Shown piece by piece: positions 13,739 to 21,714 of a stretch of 64,000 bases of DNA; the first letter of the stretch is position 1; each line of letters starts with the position of its first letter. The notes under the pieces are model-generated. The model was not told the origin of the DNA and searched no databases. It saw only the letters and a program-made list of their open reading frames with translations. The stretch is from Actinomycetes bacterium (GTDB lineage: Bacteria; Actinomycetota; Acidimicrobiia; Acidimicrobiales; Acidimicrobiaceae): the NCBI GenBank assembly GCA_021826315.1, contig JAKAZZ010000008.1:3452-67451 (forward strand), written 5' to 3'. The translations under genes were made by a program, and so were the position numbers.

Positions 13739-13752
13739 TTACCGATTGGTAA
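13739..13752. promoter_or_regulatory. palindromic operator TTACC-N4-GGTAA
   Basis: TTACCGATTGGTAA upstream of the FadF/EtfD-like gene; near-copy at 27298-27311. Confidence 0.5.
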
Positions 13753-13757
13753 CTTAA

Positions 13758-14324
13758 CTACTCTTCAAAATTTCGATGGCCTTGGGATGGCGTTGGCCCT
13801 CGTTGATTCTGATACTTTGAACCAAGTAACGGACTACCATAGGGTATCTCAGCCTCAGTTGTCATCGTCAAAAACGATATTTGACCGATCTTCATCCCTG
13901 GATAGACCGTTATCGGCAAGTTAGCAACGTTTGAAAGTTCAAGCGTCACATTTCCGTCAAACCCAGGATCGATAAATCCCGCCGTGGAGTGGATCAGTAG
14001 CCCCAAACGACCAAGGGAAGACTTCCCCTCCAGGCGACCAACCAAGTTTGAACTCAAAGCGACTCTCTCGAGAGTTGAACCGAGCACAAATTCTCCGGGG
14101 TGTAGAATGAACACGCCATCCGGGTCCACCTCGACTAATTCTGTCATTGAACTTTGATCCTCGCGCACATCAATCACGCTCGCAGTATGGTTCCTAAAGA
14201 TTCGAAAGTATCTGTCGACGCGCAGATCTACCGAAGACGGCTGAACGGCATTGTCACCCAATGGATCAATAATGATCCTGCCTTGAGCCATCTCTTCACG
14301 GATAGTACGGTCTGAAAGTATCAT
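13758..14324 (-). CDS. dcd: dCTP deaminase
   Basis: [36 protein letters not shown]. Confidence 0.96.
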   Translation of the reverse strand: MILSDRTIREEMAQGRIIIDPLGDNAVQPSSVDLRVDRYFRIFRNHTASVIDVREDQSSMTELVEVDPDGVFILHPGEFVLGSTLERVALSSNLVGRLEGKSSLGRLGLLIHSTAGFIDPGFDGNVTLELSNVANLPITVYPGMKIGQISFLTMTTEAEIPYGSPLLGSKYQNQRGPTPSQGHRNFEE

Positions 14325-14397
14325 GACGTTAAAGGTAGTAGAAGAGCCCTAATCACCGGACGAAGTATGCCGTCGTGGTAGTATAAAAGTTACCTCT

Positions 14398-14468
14398 GCG
14401 GGTGTGGTTCAATGGTAGAACATCAGCTTCCCAAGCTGAGGACGCGGGTTCGATTCCCGTCACCCGCT
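14398..14468 (+). tRNA. tRNA-Gly (CCC)
   Basis: Acceptor stem GCGGGTG/CACCCGC, anticodon arm TCAGC-TTCCCAA-GCTGA, T-loop GTTCGATTC; CCA not encoded. Confidence 0.96.
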
Positions 14469-14562
14469 CTCTTCGTTTTTCCATTCAGTACGCTACAGAT
14501 AAACAACCAGAAAATCGCCTTGCGGGCGAAAATCCCTAAATTTGCGGAAATCGTAGAAAAAT

Positions 14563-14587
14563 GGCTCTTCCGTTTCTAACGGGGTGA
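14563..14587. mobile_element. possible orphan ISL3-type terminal inverted repeat
   Basis: GGCTCTTCCGTTTCTAACGGGGTGA begins with the GGCTCTT tip typical of ISL3 ends; no partner end found. Confidence 0.35.
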
Positions 14588-14603
14588 CCTTTCAACATTT
14601 CCT

Positions 14604-14816
14604 TTAGGAATGACCTATTCTTGACCGCTGGCGGCGTCTCTTCTCCTGGCACTTGTCAATAGTTGCGTCCCATTTGGGTACATTGAGGAATACAAAGTCG
14701 TCCGCGTACCGAATGAAGTCGATATTTGGGTTCTTTGTGTTTCCAGCGTATGGCTCTTTGGGTTCGAGTTCCCATATCGCGCTCCCGCTAATGATAAATC
14801 GATGGGTGGAAGCCAT
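14604..14816 (-). pseudogene. reverse transcriptase fragment (group II intron-like RT5 motif)
   Basis: IDFIRYADDFVFL motif in a 70-aa ORF; other RT motifs not seen. Confidence 0.55.
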
Positions 14817-15154
14817 AGCTTTGTCTTAGCCAACGTTCTTGGTCCGCACATTCATAGCCCGTATACCCTATAGGGCTACCGCTAGATTTTAATTTACCCT
14901 AAGGCCAAATAATGAATCAGTAGCGTCCTCATGGATTAGACGGCCCAACTGCTATCGATTGTCACGGCATCGTATGTCAGCGCAGCTATTCGGCGGACAA
15001 ATGCAATTTCGCTTAGGTGCGTAGCAACTATCCGATTGGCATGGTCAAAAGGAGCTCTAAACAACTGAATCTGACCGAAATTTAGAGACTCCTTTGGAAT
15101 CTCTAAATCTCCACCAAGTCGCTGATGGCATATCGTAGTTAATGAAAGTTAAGC

Positions 15155-15202
15155 GGGGCTACTATTTCAAAATGATGGGGCTATTTTGGTCAAGCGGTTT
15201 CA
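15155..15202. mobile_element. possible orphan IS21-family terminal repeat
   Basis: Reverse strand TGAAACCGCTTGACCAAAATAGCCCC...AGTAGCCCC: TG tip plus two tandem TAGCCCC boxes 22 bp apart. Confidence 0.35.
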
Positions 15203-15341
15203 TTGAGCTTTTATCGACTGGTAGTCTCCCATGCAAGCTCTTGTTATTGCCGGCGACATCAAATTACCCCACCCACTTATAGGCCTCGTCTGTGGAACGC
15301 TTAGCACAACAGTAAGGTCCATCAGATCGGTGTGCGATATC

Positions 15342-16160
15342 TCAATGATCTTGCTCGACTATGTATTGCATCACCGCGTGACCCTCATCGTCGTAAACAT
15401 CGTATCGAAAGAGACATTTATTGACCGTATCAAACACCGCCTCAATCGAAGTGGCGTACCACGGCATTGCAATGTGGTCTGGGCAAAACCGAATCGAAGG
15501 TTCTCTGGCGCCAAGTTGATAGGCTGGTCGATTCTTCTGGCTGAAGCTGATGTGCCAAGAAGAATTTGCATCGTCCTTAATTGAATCCACGAGCGGCAGT
15601 CCAAGTCCTAATGATGAAAGTCTGGGCCTACAAACAAAGCGGCCGATTCTAAATCGAAACTGTTCATCTCTATCTGTACTTCCGTCAGGCCCGGCACCAT
15701 ACGGTGAATGTTCCACCATAACTCCGGTGGAATCATCAAAGCACATAAGTCCGTCACGACCAAACTCATATCGAACCGAAAACGTAGCGGGGTGCTGCCA
15801 CCTAAGATTATCTGACAGAAGATCCTTACGTCCTTGAAAAATCAATAGCGGCGTTAGCAATGCTCGTAACACACGTCTTTGAAAATACCATATCAATTCG
15901 CCGATTTCTCGCTTACCGCGCTGACTTAACCGATGCCATTGCAACATCTCAATGTGCATTGCGTTAAGGCGATCTTGGTCTGTGTGAACTGTTACTAAGA
16001 GTTTCTTATCCTGTCCAATCAGCCACATATCTTGCAATTCGCTGTTCAGCCACGTTGCATTTTCAGATCCGTTGTTAGGAGTATTTTCAGACACGCTAAG
16101 ACCTCCGACGATACGTATCGACCAGTCATCGCATTGGCTGAGGTAGTGCGCTAACTGCAC
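15342..16160 (-). CDS. hypothetical protein (272 aa)
   Basis: Long ORF with no recognised motif; C-terminus weakly resembles LolA-like beta-sheet proteins. Confidence 0.55.
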   Translation of the reverse strand: MQLAHYLSQCDDWSIRIVGGLSVSENTPNNGSENATWLNSELQDMWLIGQDKKLLVTVHTDQDRLNAMHIEMLQWHRLSQRGKREIGELIWYFQRRVLRALLTPLLIFQGRKDLLSDNLRWQHPATFSVRYEFGRDGLMCFDDSTGVMVEHSPYGAGPDGSTDRDEQFRFRIGRFVCRPRLSSLGLGLPLVDSIKDDANSSWHISFSQKNRPAYQLGAREPSIRFCPDHIAMPWYATSIEAVFDTVNKCLFRYDVYDDEGHAVMQYIVEQDH

Positions 16161-16376
16161 AATATCAGCTCATGTTACTACTTCCCCTAATAATACGCCA
16201 GGTATCACCACATTGGTCAGGAGGTTAGAACCGCATCAATTTCCGCCATTTTGCCAAAATATACATAGTTTGCCGACATAGCCAAAGTAGAAATAGAGCG
16301 GTGATGATGCTATTCAAGGTGTCCTAATGTAGGCTGATGAATTCCCATTGAGCTCGACCCCGTGTAACTAATTTTC

Positions 16377-17811
16377 GACTCTATTGACCTTCATGTGGAT
16401 CAACCCGGCCGCTCGTACGGAAGTTTGAAATCAATCGGTCCACAAGAAAGTATTACCAACGCCAGAGTCGCTTGAGCAGAGTGAAGCCCATAGCATCTCG
16501 CAATGATGGTGCGGATTATGGTGTCCAAACCTTCAACTCGTCCGTTAGAAACACCGAGTTCAATAGAAGCCATGATGCCCGCCTTATGGGTCCGAATTGA
16601 CTTTGACAATCGGACAAAGCTCGGTATCCGAGACCGCGAGGCACGCGAACAACAGCGCTCCAGTAGTTCACTAACTTCGTCGTTAGTGAGATCTCCAGCA
16701 AATACGGCTCGTAGGGACTCTTTCATCTCGTATGCCCGCCAGAGTGCTCCACCGGTGCGCTTAATTCTGTGCTGGGTTTCACCCTAGCGTTCAGTTAGAT
16801 CTCCGGGGTTCTTTAGTAGTGCCACCGTGCCCCCGCGAACTTGCGAGCATACTGGGGAGAAGGAAGCTTTCTCATCTGGCGCCAGAGATCTTTCCTTACC
16901 TGCTCCAGTGCCTCGGTGCCCAATTTAACCACGTGAAATAGATCTAAGCAGATCCGAGCACCCGGAGCGTGATCAGCGAATGCCTTGGCGAAGGCGGGTC
17001 CCATATCCATAGTTGCCGCGGTAATCTTGGCGGCTCTATCCGGGCCGAGTTCGTCGAAGAACCCGTCAAGACTACTTGCGCTTTTGCCTTCTGCCCCATA
17101 GACATCTCTTGCCGGTATCGTGGTTGGCAACCAGGGTCAGAGAGCTGTGATGCTTTCGGTAAGAGATCTCATACACCCCTACCAGAAAGAGGTTCTCCAA
17201 GCACCTGCGATCGAACTCTTCGGCTACCACCCGCTCGCATATCGTTCCTACGGTTCTGAAACGCGATTTCGTTAGCTTGGTAACGGTGATCTTATCCATC
17301 TCGACTTCACCAGGCTACCAGGTGCTCGAAGTCTCTTGTGAAACGCGATTCACCGACTGGTCTGGCGAATGGCACTGACTCGGTGATCACTCCATGGCTT
17401 GGAAACTTCAGTCCTCATAGTTCACAGGAGAGCCAAGTTTGGCGGATTACCATGTCCAAGTGCCTCCAGCGCGAGTTGACTGTTCTGGTGTCGTAGCGGA
17501 AGTGTGTCTTGTACTTGCACTTTGGACAACTGAGCTTGGTCCGGGTGAGCTCGAGCTTTACCACTATCTCTGCTGCTAAAAGAGAAACTTCACTTACAAC
17601 GACACCTTTTAGGCCAAGCATCTGCTTGACTAGAGAAGTAGCGCGCACGGGTCCGGTCTCCCTTTTTGGTATGTCTCGCAACTGAAAAACTTAGGGATCG
17701 GAAGCCGTGTACGTTTTTTGTGGGGTTATTTCGTCCCTGAAAACCAAGTTTGTACTGGGATTACTCCTCGATTCGGGGGCTCTGAGGACCCACATCTATG
17801 TCATAAGAGCC
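16377..17811 (-). mobile_element. decayed ISL3-family insertion sequence
   Basis: Imperfect terminal IRs GACTCTATTGACCTTCATGTGGATC / GGCTCTTATGACATAGATGTGGGTC (18/25 identical) flanking transposase fragments. Confidence 0.85.
16400..17648 (-). pseudogene. ISL3-family transposase, multiply frameshifted
   Basis: Fragments in different frames: CPKC zinc finger...RWRHLD; VGVYEISYRKHH; TMDMGPAF...DLFHVVK; SNGRVEGL...YGLHS. Confidence 0.9.
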
Positions 17812-18004
17812 AAAAGCATCTCCCACAAGAAAACCAGTTTTAGCCCCAGAGAGATACGTTCCTAGATTCATTTCCAAACTTCGCCACGAAGGCACCGGTA
17901 TTTTTTTAATTCCAAACCCGAATAATCAAACCATAACAATTTGCCGCAAACATATCTTTATCTCGCAGAAACGCGAGCTTCAGGATTAAAACAGGAGCGA
18001 CAAG

Positions 18005-18514
18005 ATGAAATCACCAGTACAGAAAATTATCACCGCAGGTTTAGGAGTCGCAGTAGTAGCAACGGGCGCCTTCTTCGTAGACCATAGCATCTCAAATACT
18101 GCAGTTAGCCTGCCATCAGCCCAAGTAGTTGGGACAAGCACACCCGTAGGATCAACACCGACGCAGGGTACCCCTAGTGCACGGGCTGGAAAAGGCAAGG
18201 GCGGACTACTGCAACACGCCGAACACGCCACAGTTGATATTTACTCGAAGAAAAATGGAATGGTAACTGTAACGGTAGATCGCGGTACCGTTCAAGCAAT
18301 ATCGTCATCTTCTGTTACCATCGTGCACCCAGATGGAACTACGGTCTCGGTACCGGTCTCTTCGGCAACGTTGTTTCCAAGACTAAGTGAATCCACGATT
18401 GCAAGCGATATCTCTTCAAATACACCAGTAAAGGCGCTAGTCGTACAAAAGGGCGGAACCGCCTCACGCATAATAGCCACGACCCCGCCATCAACACCTA
18501 AAACAACTGCCTAG
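18005..18514 (+). CDS. secreted/membrane-anchored hypothetical protein
   Basis: RBS AGGAG, N-terminal hydrophobic segment, Pro/Thr/Ser linker, beta-rich domain (RGTVQAISSSSVTI), downstream hairpin. Confidence 0.7.
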   Translation: MKSPVQKIITAGLGVAVVATGAFFVDHSISNTAVSLPSAQVVGTSTPVGSTPTQGTPSARAGKGKGGLLQHAEHATVDIYSKKNGMVTVTVDRGTVQAISSSSVTIVHPDGTTVSVPVSSATLFPRLSESTIASDISSNTPVKALVVQKGGTASRIIATTPPSTPKTTA

Positions 18515-18538
18515 GAGTAATTCAAGCCTAGTGAAAGG

Positions 18539-18583
18539 ATATGAACCAGCAACTTACTCTGTGCGTAAGGTGCTGGTTCATAT
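18539..18583. terminator. hairpin between convergent genes
   Basis: ATATGAACCAGCA...TGCTGGTTCATAT inverted repeat. Confidence 0.7.
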
Positions 18584-18616
18584 TTGAGGTTCCATCCATA
18601 AACGCAAATACAGAAA

Positions 18617-19366
18617 CTACGTGCCGGCAACCTTTTGAAGCTGCTCAGCCTTCAAAATCTTTATTGACCGATATTCAACTTCAACTATTCCGCGACGCTG
18701 AAAGTCTTTGAGAGTGCGATTTACTGAACTTCTCTGGGCGCCAACCATCGCCGCTAGGGCTCCTTGGCTAATCGCCACAGAATTGTTAGCATGCTCACTC
18801 AGCAGTAGACGGGCAACCTGAACTTCGACGCTCGAACCAAGAAGAGTAATAATGCGGCTTTGGGCGCCAACCAGACGTTTAGCAACTGAAGTCATCCAAA
18901 GACGAGCAACTTCGGCATCGGTATCGAGAAGATCAATGAAGTCCTTTGGATCGATGTAGAAGAACTTGCAATCCTCGACTGTCCATGCACTGTAGGCCGT
19001 TGGCATTGACAAAATGGTAGCGATATCACCATCTACTCCACCGGAGCGAATTGAGCCAACGATCTCAGTCTCTTTCGAGGTACCAGTTTGCAGATGAACA
19101 TATCCTTCACGCAAAATCCAGACACCGGGATTTAATTGATCTTCGCCAAAGAGGAGCGTTCCACGTTCGACAATTCGAATCTTGAGGACCTTTCCCAATC
19201 TAGACAAGTCATCCTTGATAGATCCGAGCGAATCAACGTTACCTACGCATCGAGCTATCCAAGCAGCAGCCGCGATCCGACTCGACCGAACCCCTCCTTC
19301 ACCTCTGCGGCTCTTAACTAGAGTATCTTTTAGTAGATCTCCAAAGAATTTCTTCTCGTCTGACAT
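18617..19366 (-). CDS. cmr: Crp/Fnr-family regulator, Cmr (Rv1675c)-like
   Basis: AAWIARCVG, GVWI, GVDGDI, and HTH LAAMVGAQRSSVNR match recalled mycobacterial Cmr; both Cys positions retained. Confidence 0.75.
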   Translation of the reverse strand: MSDEKKFFGDLLKDTLVKSRRGEGGVRSSRIAAAAWIARCVGNVDSLGSIKDDLSRLGKVLKIRIVERGTLLFGEDQLNPGVWILREGYVHLQTGTSKETEIVGSIRSGGVDGDIATILSMPTAYSAWTVEDCKFFYIDPKDFIDLLDTDAEVARLWMTSVAKRLVGAQSRIITLLGSSVEVQVARLLLSEHANNSVAISQGALAAMVGAQRSSVNRTLKDFQRRGIVEVEYRSIKILKAEQLQKVAGT

Positions 19367-19439
19367 TTTGCCCCGATCCTGAAACGATCAGGGACAACGG
19401 AAATTGCCCATGATGGAACCTACTTCAAAGAATAGCAAT

Positions 19440-19685
19440 GAAAGATAAATCAAGGGGAAACCATAACTGCCCTACTGAGCGAAGACTAAAGTATCACGAG
19501 CCCAATTACGACGCCAAAGATAAGTTGGACCAAGAGAAAAGTCACTTGATGCAACTTTTAGGTTGTACCCCTACCCATAGTAACCCAAATTGCATACTCG
19601 ATAAGAACGCCATCGCAATTCCGGCGACTACGCCACCAACGTCACCCTTTACTAACGTCTTGTTTAGGCCCTCTTCATCTAACAA
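19440..19685 (-). pseudogene. degraded small membrane protein gene
   Basis: RBS AGGGGAGG + TTG 19685 gives 47 aa (…GGVVAGIAMAFL…) then stop at 19542; a further hydrophobic piece (LVQLIFGVVIGLVI) lies beyond. Confidence 0.4.
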
Positions 19686-19729
19686 ATCCTCCCCTATCAC
19701 CAGAGCACTGAATGAACGGGCTTTAGTAG

Positions 19730-19748
19730 TTAGGTTAAGCTAACCAAA
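19730..19748. promoter_or_regulatory. IdeR/DtxR iron box
   Basis: TTAGGTTAAGCTAACCAAA, 17/19 to TTAGGTTAGGCTAACCTAA. Confidence 0.75.
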
Positions 19749-19865
19749 GTAAGGATCTGTAGCCAACTGAACTAGCTTAGATACTCTCAATTATCTGAGT
19801 ATGCGCCACGCCCCCTTACGAAATACATGAGATGACTGGCAGGGGTCGCCGCTACTGCATTTAGC

Positions 19866-20709
19866 ATGGCGCAGTCTCCGACCTGCCCCCGGGGAAAGGG
19901 ACACGCAGGTGAGGGCTGGCGCGTTGTCTGTGAAGGCCAGAAGCGCACGGCGGGTCGCACGTGGAGCGTTGGCGCTGCATCGACCCGGATGATGTCTTCC
20001 ACCGTTCGTTGGCGCGGTAGCGAGAATTCGGCGCGCGCCGAAACGGTGTGTTGGGAGTGCGAAAACCAGGTTTCAGCGCACGTGGGCCTGGTGGGTGGAC
20101 ATGAATTCGAGTATCTGGTGAGCAGCGGCAACTGTTCGCGGTACTCGCCGTGTGAGGATCTCGGCGGATGACAGCAAGGACCGCCTTTAGCGGATGGGTG
20201 CCGTGCCGCGAGATACGGAGGAGGCGTGGGCAGTGTTCCTGTCCGAGCTTCCCGGCAAGCCTTCACTGGTTGCCTGCTACCGGGACCGGGCCATTATTGG
20301 TCGGGTTCAACGGCGTTGGGGCAAGGACAGAAACGCAGTCCCTATTCACCTGTGTGACTATCACCTGTCCACGTGTGCAGTCGCGGTCTTAGAGCGGGAT
20401 GGCATTGCCTACGGTGACCCGTTCAGGGAATAGCTGAACGCGTCCTTCCAGTCACTCGCTGGATGGGACGCATTTGACGCCGCCATCACAGCCGACCCCT
20501 GTCCCGTGAACGGGGCCGTAGAGGACCCGCTGAAAGTGGTGCGGGCTGTCATCGACCGACGTAAGTTCGCGCTCCGCAAACGCGCCCGCATGAATCTCCT
20601 CCTAGAACTTGTGCGCCTCGAGTTGGTCCGGGGCGACAGCGTGCGCACCTACACGGAGTACATTCCCACTCACCCCGTCAAAGAAGGCTACAAGCCCAAG
20701 ACCCGCTAA
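19866..20709 (+). pseudogene. fragmented transposase-like gene (Zn-ribbon + IS256/Mutator-like DDE remnants)
   Basis: Pieces in several frames: CP..H..., CWECE, AWAVFLSELPGKPSLV...AI...W...HLCDYHL, NGAVEDPL. Confidence 0.5.
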
Positions 20710-20836
20710 CGGCGGGCGTACGACACCTGGGGACCGCGCTCCGAAACGAACCCGCGACCCGCGTCTACTCTCTGCTTGGCAGCTCACGAGTCGAGGAAGA
20801 CAGAATCGGCGCGAACGCGTAGAGTTGAGAACGCAA

Positions 20837-21604
20837 CTACCGGTGACGTACCCAGACGTTCGGTTCGACATACGTCCCTATGTCATCGTTCTTGACAACG
20901 TGAAGGGGTGCCATGCCATTCGGGATGATGTAGTCGCCGGAGACTGGCAACGCCAGCCCTGTCCACTCTTCCCACTGCGCGACAGTTTCAGTCATCGTCT
21001 GCGCGTTCGGCTCCAGACCGATGATGCGTCCACCGACACGGACATGCAGTCGCAGCCAAGGGTCCCAGGGCAACCCATCATCACGAACCCAGGCAGCGTA
21101 GTCGTCAATGCCGAGCAGTGGATACAAATGCTTGCGCGTCGGACGCACCGGAGCCACGACCCTCACCAAGCCATGTTCGGCCGCCGTATTACACAGAGCT
21201 TGGACCAGTTCCTCCGCGACACCGCTACCCTTGCGGTCGGGATGGACTACCCCGCCACAGATGACAAAGGTGTCCGCTTCGCCCGACGAATCGTGAAGCT
21301 CGATAGAGCGGCGAAGCCCGTCAGCGAAGGACAACGCAAGTTCGTCCACTTCACCGGACCAGGAGATGGGAACGCCCCACCCCGTCGCAACCGGCTGGGC
21401 GTCGTCGTCGGTGAGGATGATGTCGAACTGCGTGAACAATTCCCGCACGCGCCCGATGTGCTTCTTAACCTCTTGGTCCGAGGTGATGAACGCAGGGAAG
21501 CCCTCAGCGAACAAGGCTTCCATCTGCTCATCCGTCCAAATACGAGCGTTCGTCACCTCGACGCGCAACTGGCCCATCGGCTCCTCCACATCACTCAATA
21601 CCAA
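20837..21604 (-). CDS. GNAT-family N-acetyltransferase
   Basis: Acetyl-CoA motif VHPDRKGSGVA, family signature APVRPT..H.YP...DGLPWDPWLRLHVRVGG. Confidence 0.82.
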   Translation of the reverse strand: MVLSDVEEPMGQLRVEVTNARIWTDEQMEALFAEGFPAFITSDQEVKKHIGRVRELFTQFDIILTDDDAQPVATGWGVPISWSGEVDELALSFADGLRRSIELHDSSGEADTFVICGGVVHPDRKGSGVAEELVQALCNTAAEHGLVRVVAPVRPTRKHLYPLLGIDDYAAWVRDDGLPWDPWLRLHVRVGGRIIGLEPNAQTMTETVAQWEEWTGLALPVSGDYIIPNGMAPLHVVKNDDIGTYVEPNVWVRHR

Positions 21605-21714
21605 TCATCGCGTCGGCCGCACCTACGGTCGCACTTCGCCATACGGAGGAGCACCGTATCCATCTCACACATTTCGTAAGAGGAGCGCCACGGCACACCT
21701 TCAGCGGTTCTGCA

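Noticed and set aside
14440-14470. attL/attR duplication of the tRNA-Gly 3' end
   Set aside because: No second copy found by eye in the window and no integrase
14855-14879. TAGCCC...TACCCTATAGGGCTA palindrome resembling a CsoR operator
   Set aside because: Imperfect match and no copper-related gene adjacent
15005-15030. TTTCGCTTAGGTGCGTAGCAAC, reminiscent of a recombinase-element end
   Set aside because: No partner end or recombinase gene in the window; cannot be supported
15231-15584. 117-aa plus-strand ORF
   Set aside because: Mostly antisense to the 272-aa ORF, no RBS or motif
19438-19743. 101-aa plus-strand ORF
   Set aside because: Opposite strand carries the RBS and hydrophobic gene remnant; no motif
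20609-21679. 356-aa plus-strand ORF
   Set aside because: Antisense shadow of the GNAT gene in GC-rich DNA; Arg/Pro-rich, no motif
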